Shown here piece by piece: positions 22,911 to 31,585 of a DNA stretch of 64,000 nt (its first letter is position 1; the number at the start of each line of letters is the position of its first letter). The position numbers were made by a program, and so were the translations under genes. This DNA comes from an uncultured Candidatus Actinomarina sp. (GTDB taxonomy: Bacteria; Actinomycetota; Acidimicrobiia; Actinomarinales; Actinomarinaceae): positions 53,554 through 117,553 of the forward strand of contig CACPJC010000004.1 of the NCBI GenBank assembly GCA_902634185.1. Direction: 5' to 3'. The notes beneath the pieces were generated by a model. The model saw nothing but the letters and a program-made list of their open reading frames with translations, was not told where the DNA came from and did no database searches.

Positions 22911-23335
22911 ACAAAACTAACTTACATAAATTATTGAATACTTATTTATTTTTTTTACTCATAATAGGTTGCGTATTGGCTCTCTATTCAATTTTTTTTC
23001 CTAATTCAACATTTCTATTTTTTCAACAAACATACATTGAAGTCTTAGGTATGACTGATACTGGTGCTAATGGTCATTTAACTTTATTAACGTATCCATT
23101 AAGTTTATATTTAATGAATACATTTGCTTGTTTTCAATATTTACGAACTCAAAAGATCTTTTACCTTGATTTGTTATCAATAATTTGGACTACTGTACTT
23201 GTATCAAGAATTATTTCTATTTTAATAAAAGGAGATGTAACTATTGACTTATATTTCTTTTTTGGAATACTTACAGAATTCCTAATTGCTCCATCACTTA
23301 TTTTTTTTCGAAATAAACTAATTAAAGAAAGTTGA
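22907..23335 (+). CDS. small polytopic membrane protein, paralogue 2
   Basis: It overlaps paralogue 1 by 4 nt. The block FQYLRTQKIFYLDLLSIIWTTVLVSRIISILIKG aligns with paralogue 1. Confidence 0.6.
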   Translation: MNKTNLHKLLNTYLFFLLIIGCVLALYSIFFPNSTFLFFQQTYIEVLGMTDTGANGHLTLLTYPLSLYLMNTFACFQYLRTQKIFYLDLLSIIWTTVLVSRIISILIKGDVTIDLYFFFGILTEFLIAPSLIFFRNKLIKES

Positions 23336-24250
23336 TTAGTTTTTGGTTAAATAATTTCTAATACCATTTATTTGCATTACAAAATTACCATTTCCAATAT
23401 AGTTTTTTATTGTTTCATTATCAATATCTAATGATTTATAGTTTTTAGTTATCCACTGTACTAACTCAGTACTTGCCTCATCATCACTAAGATGTTCAAT
23501 ATTGTTAATAAACATTATCCAATTATCTATGCTTTCCTTCGCATCACTAATAAGTTGATAAGGTTTTTTGTGAACGCCAAAATGTGCGATTGCTAGCTGA
23601 TTAATTTCTAAATTTTCAAAACTATCTAGAGTTTGGAATAATGTTTCCTTATTAAAGTCAGGGGGAGGAAGATTAGGTTGAACAAAATCTCCATGTGGAT
23701 ATATTAATCCAAGTGTATCACCCATAAATAAAGTTCCGGAATATTCATCATAAAAAGTGTAATGGTGCTTGGCATGTCCAGGACTGTACAAAGCTTTGAG
23801 ATTCCTATTTGATTCAAGCTTTAAATCAGCTCCATCATTGAGTGATTTTATTTTTTCTAATGGAATAGGTTTTATTTCACCCCAGTTTTTTTTAAGCCAA
23901 TCTTCTGTATAAACATCACTTACGGCTTTCCATAATCTCTCTGGGTTTGGCAAATGTTTCAAACCTAACTCATGTACGTATACAAAATTTTCTTTAAATC
24001 TTTGGTTTAAATGTCCGATACCACCTACATGGTCTAAATGTAAATGAGTAATAGCTGTTCTTTTAATATCTTGTATTCCAAGCGACTCTAATGCTGAGAT
24101 TAAATATGGAAATGAATTTGAAGGACCAACCTCAATTAATATTGGATCCGATGTATCTATATAATAACATGACATTCTTTGAGGTTTACCCTCCATATGA
24201 ACATCAATTTGATATATATCATTATCAAATTTTGTTACGTCTGTGTTCAT
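23336..24250 (-). CDS. MBL-fold metallo-hydrolase
   Basis: It has the HLHLDHVGG motif plus downstream His and Asp residues. Confidence 0.8.
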   Translation of the reverse strand: MNTDVTKFDNDIYQIDVHMEGKPQRMSCYYIDTSDPILIEVGPSNSFPYLISALESLGIQDIKRTAITHLHLDHVGGIGHLNQRFKENFVYVHELGLKHLPNPERLWKAVSDVYTEDWLKKNWGEIKPIPLEKIKSLNDGADLKLESNRNLKALYSPGHAKHHYTFYDEYSGTLFMGDTLGLIYPHGDFVQPNLPPPDFNKETLFQTLDSFENLEINQLAIAHFGVHKKPYQLISDAKESIDNWIMFINNIEHLSDDEASTELVQWITKNYKSLDIDNETIKNYIGNGNFVMQINGIRNYLTKN

Positions 24251-24285
24251 ATATACATTTTTGCATACAAAAGTTATAAACTACA

Positions 24286-25725
24286 ATGTTTACAGTGAAT
24301 GTTTCATTAGCAAGTACAGCGGAATACAGTTCAAAAGCAGCTGAATCCATTAAAGATTTAAATCCCAATGCTGCAGATTTACTGATTACAAGTGTAATTA
24401 CATCAATGGTTACTGATCTCGGTGTTGTTGCTCCTACTGCTTCTGGACTTTTAACTTATTATGATGGCGATAACAATTCAACACATTCAGTAGATGGCTA
24501 TTTTGTAGCCCCAAAAAAATTTGATGGAAATGATCATGAAGAACATCGAATTTCTATGACTTATGGTGGTCATGTTGAAACATGCAAGGGAGCAAATACA
24601 TTCGCTGTTCCAGGTATTTATAAGATTCTTAACCTAATTTTCAAAAGATATGCGTCTCTTCCATTGGATAAACTATTAGAATTTCCTATAAAAACTGCAA
24701 AAGATGGTTTTAAATTAACTCAACCAACAAAAGACTATTTTATTCATTCATTAGAACCCATGTTCATGTGGCATGAACAATCAAAAATTGCTTTAGCTGA
24801 TGTGCATGAAGATTTAGAAAATGGAATTGTTAAACTTGATAGATTAGCTGACACGTTAAGTCATATGTCAGATGAAGGATTCAATGATTTTTATATTGGG
24901 GATATTTCCAAATCAATAGTTGAAACATTAAAGATTGAAGGTGGGCATGCTACGCAAGATGATTTCAATGGATATGAATTAATTGAAGAAAATAAGTTTG
25001 AATATCAGTACAAACATTTAAAATTAACAGGGCATTCTGGACCTTCAATTGGTGGCTTAATGGTACTTAAGTACTTAAATGCGTTATCTGTAGAATCTCA
25101 AAATATTGAAGAAACTCTAAAAAATGTTTATTTGGATAGACAAAATAACTATGAGTTTTTTGGTAGCAGGGGGGACTTAATCAATAATGAAATATCAAAA
25201 ATTTCAACATCTTCATCTACAATACAGGTAAACACATCAGATAAAAATAATTTTCATTTTTCAATAACCTTTTCCAGTGGTTATGGATCTGGTGTTTTAT
25301 GTAAAAATACGGGTATGTATTTCAACAACTCTTTAGGAGAAATTGAGCTAAATCCACAAGGTTTTCTTGGTGACACTAAGGGAGATAGATTGATATCAAA
25401 CATGAGTCCTTTAATTATTGAATCAAATGAAGGAATTAGTACCATTGGATCTCCAGGGGCTGACAGAATAAGCTCAGCCATTGCTCAAGTTTTAACAAAT
25501 TATACAAATGGCAACACATGGAAAGAATCAATAGATATGCCAAGATTTCATGTAAATGCTGATGGAGGAGTAAGAGCAGAACCAGGATACGATAACATAA
25601 ATGAAAATACAACAATCACTGAACCATTTGATATGTATTTTGGTGGTGTTTGTGTGACTGGTAGTAATGATGATATTTTTAGCTATGGAGATAAAAGAAG
25701 GGGTAATACTTCTTGGAAATGTTAG
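24286..25725 (+). CDS. gamma-glutamyltranspeptidase-family protein (no signal peptide seen)
   Basis: The region ...SSTIQVNTSDKNNFHFSITFSSGYGSGVLCKNTGMYFNNSLGE aligns with the GGT autoprocessing site (TTH.SVVD...GSG...G...NN). GSPGADRI is present near the C-terminus. Confidence 0.65.
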   Translation: MFTVNVSLASTAEYSSKAAESIKDLNPNAADLLITSVITSMVTDLGVVAPTASGLLTYYDGDNNSTHSVDGYFVAPKKFDGNDHEEHRISMTYGGHVETCKGANTFAVPGIYKILNLIFKRYASLPLDKLLEFPIKTAKDGFKLTQPTKDYFIHSLEPMFMWHEQSKIALADVHEDLENGIVKLDRLADTLSHMSDEGFNDFYIGDISKSIVETLKIEGGHATQDDFNGYELIEENKFEYQYKHLKLTGHSGPSIGGLMVLKYLNALSVESQNIEETLKNVYLDRQNNYEFFGSRGDLINNEISKISTSSSTIQVNTSDKNNFHFSITFSSGYGSGVLCKNTGMYFNNSLGEIELNPQGFLGDTKGDRLISNMSPLIIESNEGISTIGSPGADRISSAIAQVLTNYTNGNTWKESIDMPRFHVNADGGVRAEPGYDNINENTTITEPFDMYFGGVCVTGSNDDIFSYGDKRRGNTSWKC

Positions 25726-26411
25726 AAAAACTACCTCATAAAATTCTTTTTTACTTTGGTTTGATTGTTGTATTTGTATTTATAGGTCTGTCATATTGGC
25801 AATTAACAAGGTATCAAGAAGATAAACTGATAATTGACTCTATTGACTCAAAAGATTTTATAAATGAAATATCTGTGTCAGATTTATATGATTTAAATAA
25901 ATTTGAAGAATTTACAAAAATTAAATTAACTGAAAATTTAGAGAATATAGATCTGATAAGAACTTGGTATTTGCGATCACGTGTTCATAATGGAGAAAAC
26001 GGATATCACCTTGTTAGTTTGTACGGGACAGAATTAGAAGAATATTTTTTAATTAATAATGGATGGGTTCCCCTTAATAAAAATGCAGATGAAACATTTT
26101 TATACAAAAATCAAAATTTTAAAGGCAGATTATTAAATTACGATATTCAGGGTGTTGGACAAGATGATATACCTGATTCAGATTATTTATTTAGAATAGA
26201 CAAATCATTTTTAGAAAGTGAAACAGGAGTTGTTCTTCCAGAATTCTATATCGTCTTAATAGATGATTGTGGGAGTGGGGTAGAGTGTATAAATTTAGAA
26301 GAACCATACGATGCTCCGCATTTAAGTTATGCTTTTCAGTGGGCTTTTTTTGCTTTATGTTTAACAATTGTTGTTCTTAGGAAAAATAATTTAATTACAT
26401 GGAAAAGATAG
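25713..26411 (+). CDS. SURF1-family membrane protein (cytochrome oxidase assembly)
   Basis: It has an N-terminal TM plus LSYWQLTRYQEDK and a C-terminal HLSYAFQWAFFAL plus TM. Confidence 0.75.
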   Translation: MEMLEKLPHKILFYFGLIVVFVFIGLSYWQLTRYQEDKLIIDSIDSKDFINEISVSDLYDLNKFEEFTKIKLTENLENIDLIRTWYLRSRVHNGENGYHLVSLYGTELEEYFLINNGWVPLNKNADETFLYKNQNFKGRLLNYDIQGVGQDDIPDSDYLFRIDKSFLESETGVVLPEFYIVLIDDCGSGVECINLEEPYDAPHLSYAFQWAFFALCLTIVVLRKNNLITWKR

Positions 26412-27292
26412 ATTTAAATAACATTTCATTGTCTTATGAAACAAAAGGTAAGGGGAGTGATGTCTTGTTACTCCATGGCTTTCCATCCAATATGTACATG
26501 TGGAATGAAATAAAGAATGAATTAATCGAAAATGGCTACAGGGTTACAATCATAGAACAAAGGGGGTATCCTTTATCAAGATTAGAAAATTTTGATGTAC
26601 ATTCTTATAATATTGAAGAATTATCAAAAGATATTGAAGAATTAATAGTAAAACTAAAACTTGACCAAAATTTAACAATTGTCGGACATGACTGGGGATC
26701 TATTGTTGCATGGGCACTTACATCACGTGAAAAAGTTAATATTAATAAATTAGTTTCTTTATGCGGTGGAACTGAATTTCCAATATCAGATGTATATAGT
26801 AATTTAACATACAGAGAAAAACCTCATTATATTTCATCATTTCAAAATGTTAGAGAGTCTGCAAATATTATTGATAACAATCTAGAGTCTTTCTTTAGAT
26901 CTGCTTATAGAAACAATAATCAAATAGGAAAGAGTATAGATCTTTCACTAGAAAACGTTTTTATAAATTATTCATCAGAAAGTTGTGTCATGAATGAAAA
27001 TGAAATTGTTAATTTAATTCAACACTTTGATGAAACCTCACTAGATCAACCAATTGCATGGTATGCAAATATAGATTTAAACTCAGAGCTGAGCTCAGCC
27101 TGGAGAAAGATAGTAACAACTCCTGTACATTTTGTATTTGGTGAGGTTGATGCTGCTGTAAAATTAAATAGTAAAATGCGAGAAAGACTTATGTCCAGTG
27201 GAAGCAATGTTAAGATAACAGAGATACCTGGTGCAGGACATTGGCTACCAATTACCCACAGGGAGAGTGTTTTAAAGGTAATTTATGCATAA
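26399..27292 (+). CDS. alpha/beta hydrolase (epoxide hydrolase / haloalkane dehalogenase-like)
   Basis: It has LLLHGFPSNMYMW, the nucleophile elbow VGHDWGS, and a C-terminal GAGHW. Confidence 0.8.
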   Translation: MEKIDLNNISLSYETKGKGSDVLLLHGFPSNMYMWNEIKNELIENGYRVTIIEQRGYPLSRLENFDVHSYNIEELSKDIEELIVKLKLDQNLTIVGHDWGSIVAWALTSREKVNINKLVSLCGGTEFPISDVYSNLTYREKPHYISSFQNVRESANIIDNNLESFFRSAYRNNNQIGKSIDLSLENVFINYSSESCVMNENEIVNLIQHFDETSLDQPIAWYANIDLNSELSSAWRKIVTTPVHFVFGEVDAAVKLNSKMRERLMSSGSNVKITEIPGAGHWLPITHRESVLKVIYA

Positions 27293-27336
27293 ATTATTAT
27301 TATCTGTTTGTCCTATAATATATATTATGTTGCGTT

Positions 27337-28287
27337 ATGTATAAAGCAGTATTGCATGATCATTTGGATGGCGGATTAAGGGCAGTTACTGCCAAAGAAC
27401 TTGCAATTAAAGACAATTACTCTCCCTTACTTAATGTTGATGATATAGAAAGTTTTTTTAATAGAGAATCGTCAGAATCTCTTGAAGATTATCTTGAAGC
27501 ATTTGTACACACAACAGCTCTAATGAATAGTTACGAAAATCTTGAAAGAATTGCTTTTGAGGCAGCTGAAGATATGCATAATGAAGGTATTACACATTAT
27601 GAAAGTAGGTACGCTCCCCTTTATTCGGTAAATAATTCGTTAACACCAAAAGATGTAATAGATGCAATAAATTCTGGGTTTAAACAAGCTGAAGATTTAT
27701 ATGGGATACAATCTGGTCTTATTTTATGTGGAATGAGAAATGATACAAATAATGTTAAACAAGTTACTGAAATTGCAATTAATTATAAAGAAAATATTAT
27801 TGGCTTTGATATTGCAGGACCTGAATTAAATTATTTACCATCATTATTTAGTGATGAATTCAAGAAGCTAGTTGAAAACAATGTGAATTTAACAATACAT
27901 GCTGGAGAAGGTGATGGAGTAAACTCTATTCAAGAAGCATTAGATAATGGAGCAAAAAGAATTGGCCACGGTGTACGGATAATTGAAGATATTGACCTTG
28001 AAACAGGCTTATTCGGACCTACAGCAACACATATTTTTGAAAACAATATTCCTCTTGAGATTTGTATAAGCTCAAACATACACACAAATATGTACTCTGA
28101 CTACAAAGATCATCCGATAAAAGATTTATTAGAGCTTAACTTTCCAGTAACGATAAATACTGACAACAGGCTTATGAGCAATACAAATATATTAAAAGAA
28201 ATTACTATTGCAGAAAATTTAAATATAACCAACGCAAATAAATTGTTAGAAAAATCAGCTAGCTATAGTTTCTTGAATAATTTCTGA
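27337..28287 (+). CDS. add: adenosine deaminase
   Basis: It has LHDHLDGGLR, HAGE, RIGHGV and NTDNRLMS. Confidence 0.9.
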   Translation: MYKAVLHDHLDGGLRAVTAKELAIKDNYSPLLNVDDIESFFNRESSESLEDYLEAFVHTTALMNSYENLERIAFEAAEDMHNEGITHYESRYAPLYSVNNSLTPKDVIDAINSGFKQAEDLYGIQSGLILCGMRNDTNNVKQVTEIAINYKENIIGFDIAGPELNYLPSLFSDEFKKLVENNVNLTIHAGEGDGVNSIQEALDNGAKRIGHGVRIIEDIDLETGLFGPTATHIFENNIPLEICISSNIHTNMYSDYKDHPIKDLLELNFPVTINTDNRLMSNTNILKEITIAENLNITNANKLLEKSASYSFLNNF

Positions 28288-28587
28288 ATTATTCTTACTA
28301 AGTATATTGTAAAAATCTTCTTCGTTGAAAAGCCTAAAATTAAGATTTGGGTAAAGCTTTCTTGCCATTTTAAGTTTTTTTCTTTTTTTTGTTATTAGAT
28401 TTTGATTCATTGTAGTGATTTCTACAAAAAGGTTAAGCGTTGGTAAGTAAAAATCAGGGGTAAACATTTTTTTAATTGAACCACTACCCCACTCTAAAGG
28501 AAAGCTCACAGGTTCATATATCCATTCAATATCGAATAAGTCTAAGTGCTCTGAAAATGTTTTCTCAGAAGGATGAGCGAATTTCAT
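28255..28587 (-). CDS. conserved hypothetical protein, possibly restriction-endonuclease-like fold
   Basis: The 110-aa protein is ATGA-coupled to the upstream MerR gene. It contains WIYEP..FPL....FTPDFYLP....VEITT, which I recall from hypothetical proteins at this position in Actinobacteria. Confidence 0.35.
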   Translation of the reverse strand: MKFAHPSEKTFSEHLDLFDIEWIYEPVSFPLEWGSGSIKKMFTPDFYLPTLNLFVEITTMNQNLITKKRKKLKMARKLYPNLNFRLFNEEDFYNILSKNNSEIIQETIAS

Positions 28588-29027
28588 GCATTCGTTGCAG
28601 AAATTTTTTCTGGATAAAGAGAATGAATTTCTGCTTCCGTTTCAGTGTGAATTGGCCCTAGTGAAATACCAAAGACAGCTTGCCCCTGTTTGATTAGATC
28701 TAACATTTCATTATTATTTGTTATTACATATATTGATTTCCCATCGGAGAAAATTGAAACGTCTGAAATATCAATATTTTTTCCCAAAATTTGTTTTACA
28801 TTTTTAAGAGCAAGTCTTATTTTCTGAAGACTCACACCAGCCTCTCGCAATTTATTGACTAATTTAATTTTAATAATGTCTTGAAATGAGTAAATTCTAT
28901 GATATCCAGAACCTTTTATGTTTCTAATTGAAGCATCAACCAATGATGTTGTTGTCCAATGATCAAGTTGTCTGTATGATATTCCAGTGATCTTGCAAAC
29001 CTCTGGACCTGTGTAACCCTGTTGCAT
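28584..29027 (-). CDS. MerR-family transcriptional regulator (Rv1830-like)
   Basis: It has the N-terminal HTH YTGPEVCKITGISYRQLDHW. It lies downstream of the DUF151 nuclease gene, as in Mycobacterium. Confidence 0.8.
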   Translation of the reverse strand: MQQGYTGPEVCKITGISYRQLDHWTTTSLVDASIRNIKGSGYHRIYSFQDIIKIKLVNKLREAGVSLQKIRLALKNVKQILGKNIDISDVSIFSDGKSIYVITNNNEMLDLIKQGQAVFGISLGPIHTETEAEIHSLYPEKISATNA

Positions 29028-29033
29028 AAGGTT

Positions 29034-29039
29034 AATTTA
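29034..29039 (-). promoter_or_regulatory. candidate -10 box (TAAATT) of a leaderless promoter for the ATG at 29027
   Basis: The TANNNT hexamer sits at -12..-7, and there is no SD. Confidence 0.35.
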
Positions 29040-29065
29040 CTAGCAAAAAATATATAATCAAGGTT

Positions 29066-29545
29066 TTATGCAAAATCCTCTGGATTTATGTTATCAATAA
29101 AATTCTTAAATTCCTCAATTTCATTGGTTTTATCATGAATTAGGTCAATTGAGTTGTTTATAAAAAGATCTTCATTAACAGAAATAGTAGTATCTGCTCT
29201 TAATGCGAGAGCTATAGCGTCACTTGGTCTTGCAGATAAAGAAACTCTACCTTGATCTCCAAGGATGATGATTTCTGCAAAATAAGTGTTGTCATGAAGA
29301 TCTGAAATAACAACTTCATCGATATTTCCATTTAGGGACTCAATAATATCAATAATTAAATCATGAGTTTGTGGTCTCGGATGCTTTATTCCTTCTTGAG
29401 CATATGCAATGGACACTGCTTCAATAGTACCGATCCAAATTGGTAGAACTTTTTGACTATTTGGATCAAGTAAGAGCATAATTGGAGTTTCAGTATTTTC
29501 TTCTAATCTGATACTGTTTACTTCAACATTAATATTCTTTTTCAT
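29066..29545 (-). CDS. bifunctional nuclease family protein (DUF151, Rv1829-like)
   Basis: PIMLLLDPNSQKVLPIWIGTIEAVSIAYAQEG...RPQTHDL is the typical DUF151 core. Confidence 0.8.
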   Translation of the reverse strand: MKKNINVEVNSIRLEENTETPIMLLLDPNSQKVLPIWIGTIEAVSIAYAQEGIKHPRPQTHDLIIDIIESLNGNIDEVVISDLHDNTYFAEIIILGDQGRVSLSARPSDAIALALRADTTISVNEDLFINNSIDLIHDKTNEIEEFKNFIDNINPEDFA

Positions 29546-29551
29546 AATTTA

Positions 29552-29557
29552 AGAATA
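29552..29557 (-). promoter_or_regulatory. candidate -10 box (TATTCT) of a leaderless promoter for the ATG at 29545
   Basis: The TANNNT hexamer sits at -12..-7, and there is no SD. Confidence 0.35.
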
Positions 29558-29595
29558 GATAAGTTCATAAATATTTTGAAAACAATATTTATAAT

Positions 29596-30678
29596 TTATC
29601 GATTATTATTTGCAAAACCTGAAAAAAAGCGTGTTAAATTTAAATCCCAATTAACTGAATTGAGAGATTCAGAAGTTTTAACATTGTAAAAATCATCATT
29701 TACAATGTAGCTAAATTTAGTTTTACTAAATCCAGATAAAGTAATATTAGTAATATTAAATTTGTTCCCAAAAACATACCAGGGTGTAGTGGATTTCACT
29801 GTTGTAACGTCTGTGCTGTTTCGTATTTTATATATATCAATATTCGTATCTATAACAACATTGTTTATATATGTATCTATTGAAGCTGTATAAAGATTCT
29901 GTGTGTCGATAAAATGGTTATCTTTTTTTTCATTAACAAATGACTTGTTCACAATAGTTAAAATATTTCTATCATTTGATTGATTTAAACCTATAAAAGT
30001 TAACCCAGCTTTATTTGTCCATCCCGTTTTTAAACCATAGAAGTTTCGATCGATTAATTTATTAGTATTTAGATATACTTTATCCTCTCCTTCAATGTTT
30101 GATATAAAACTTTGTCTCATAATTATCGATAACAGTTCGTAATTATTTATGACTTCCTTTGAAAGAATTAATAAATCACTCAATGTTGTAAAGTGACCTT
30201 CTTGATCTAAACCATCAGGATTTTTAAAATTTGTATTATTCATTCCTAATTGCTGTGCTCTGTTATTCATTAAATTAATGAAGTCATCCGTGTCTTCACT
30301 AAATAAACTAGCAACGGCATAACATGCATCATTTGCTGAGTAAATAAGTATGAATTCTAATAAACTTTCTATTGTCATTGATTGACCAGGTTTAAGATAA
30401 GCTACTTTTCCTTCATATAAATAATCAGAAGGTAAAGAAATTTCAATGTAATCACTTAGGTTGTAGTTTTCAATAAGAATCAAAGAAGTCATTAATTTAG
30501 TTAAAGAAGCTGGAGCAACGCTTTCATTTATATTTTTAAAATACATAAATTCATCATTATCAAGGTCGAAAGATAGATAATATTGTGTAGTTAATAGATC
30601 TTCATCTACTTCAGAAGCAAAAGCAATATTTGTTAATAATAAAATTGAAACTAAAGAGGTAGCTATAAATCTTCTAAT
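29596..30678 (-). CDS. D-alanyl-D-alanine carboxypeptidase (peptidase S11, PBP5-like), probable ATT start
   Basis: It has SxxK (ASLTK), SxN (SAND) and KTG (KTGWT). The frame is open upstream of the first ATG (30546) and encodes a signal peptide IRRFIATSLVSILLLTNIAFA/SE with no ATG, GTG or TTG. The ATT at 30678 is preceded by TGGGAG plus 6 nt. Confidence 0.8.
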   Translation of the reverse strand: MRRFIATSLVSILLLTNIAFASEVDEDLLTTQYYLSFDLDNDEFMYFKNINESVAPASLTKLMTSLILIENYNLSDYIEISLPSDYLYEGKVAYLKPGQSMTIESLLEFILIYSANDACYAVASLFSEDTDDFINLMNNRAQQLGMNNTNFKNPDGLDQEGHFTTLSDLLILSKEVINNYELLSIIMRQSFISNIEGEDKVYLNTNKLIDRNFYGLKTGWTNKAGLTFIGLNQSNDRNILTIVNKSFVNEKKDNHFIDTQNLYTASIDTYINNVVIDTNIDIYKIRNSTDVTTVKSTTPWYVFGNKFNITNITLSGFSKTKFSYIVNDDFYNVKTSESLNSVNWDLNLTRFFSGFANNNR

Positions 30679-31238
30679 ATATAACTCCCAATAATTTCCG
30701 AAAATTTATCGATTGCAATTTTTATTTCATCAGGATCGTTATCGGAAATTTGAAAGTATGTTTCAAAAAAACCTACTCCCCTATCTGACATTGATTTAAT
30801 AACAGATAAATTTTTAACTCCAAGACCTAAGGAGAAAAGATAGGCAAGAGATGAAAATCTTTCTACGTCTTGTTGACTATAGATTTCTTTAATCTGCTCA
30901 TATTTATAATCAACTAACTCCATAAAATCATCTTCTTTTAGACCAGATTTTTTGAGCGCATCATGTTGTGAATAATTACTAATTACTATCTTCGAATTAG
31001 ATGATGATGAAGTCAAAAGCTTTGGATTATTTTTAATTGCTTTAAGTGAGTAAAATTGGTTTTCCTGTAAATCTAAGATTTTCTTTATTTTTAAAATATC
31101 TTTATCAGAAAATGATCTTGTTCCTCCTTTTGATCTATTCGGTTTGATTAAACCTTCTTTTTCTAAAAATCTGATTCGTGAAATTGTGACTGAAGGATAT
31201 TCTTTTTTTATAATTTTTACAGCATTTCCAATATTCAT
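30663..31238 (-). CDS. MerR-family regulator (FtsR / Rv1828-like)
   Basis: It contains VTISRIRFLEKEGLIKPNRSKGGTRSFSDKDI. It lies directly downstream of the FHA gene, as ftsR does. Confidence 0.75.
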   Translation of the reverse strand: MNIGNAVKIIKKEYPSVTISRIRFLEKEGLIKPNRSKGGTRSFSDKDILKIKKILDLQENQFYSLKAIKNNPKLLTSSSSNSKIVISNYSQHDALKKSGLKEDDFMELVDYKYEQIKEIYSQQDVERFSSLAYLFSLGLGVKNLSVIKSMSDRGVGFFETYFQISDNDPDEIKIAIDKFSEIIGSYILEDL

Positions 31239-31585
31239 TTTTTATCAACTTTTGTAATAATCAAATTAAATTTCCCAATTTGGATTCTATGACCTGACAT
31301 AAGAGATGATTCATTTGTTAGCTCTCCATTAACAAATATACCGTTTGTTGATTTTTCATCAGTAATAACAACTATGTCATCATCAACACTAATAAAGCCA
31401 TGATTTCTTGAAACTGTTATATCATCAAGAATAATTTCTTTACTTTCTAATCTTCCTATTTTGTGTATACCATTTGTTAGTAACCATGATGAAGACTTTG
31501 TTTCATCATTTAACAATGATAAGATATACTTTGCTTCTTGATTGATGAAGATAGAATCTTCAAAGGGTATTGTGTCATTATTCAT
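31235..31585 (-). CDS. garA: FHA-domain protein, GarA/OdhI homologue
   Basis: GRLESKEIILDDITVSRNHGFI...STNGIFVNG...IQIGKFNLIITK aligns closely with the GarA FHA domain. It sits between pgsA and ftsR. Confidence 0.8.
   Translation of the reverse strand: MNNDTIPFEDSIFINQEAKYILSLLNDETKSSSWLLTNGIHKIGRLESKEIILDDITVSRNHGFISVDDDIVVITDEKSTNGIFVNGELTNESSLMSGHRIQIGKFNLIITKVDKK

Noticed and set aside
28255-31238. The two MerR genes, the DUF151 nuclease and the PD-(D/E)xK-like ORF as a toxin-antitoxin or defence island
   Set aside because: The FHA-MerR-DUF151-MerR arrangement is a conserved actinobacterial core cluster linked to cell division and metabolism. The composition is the same as in the flanking genes.
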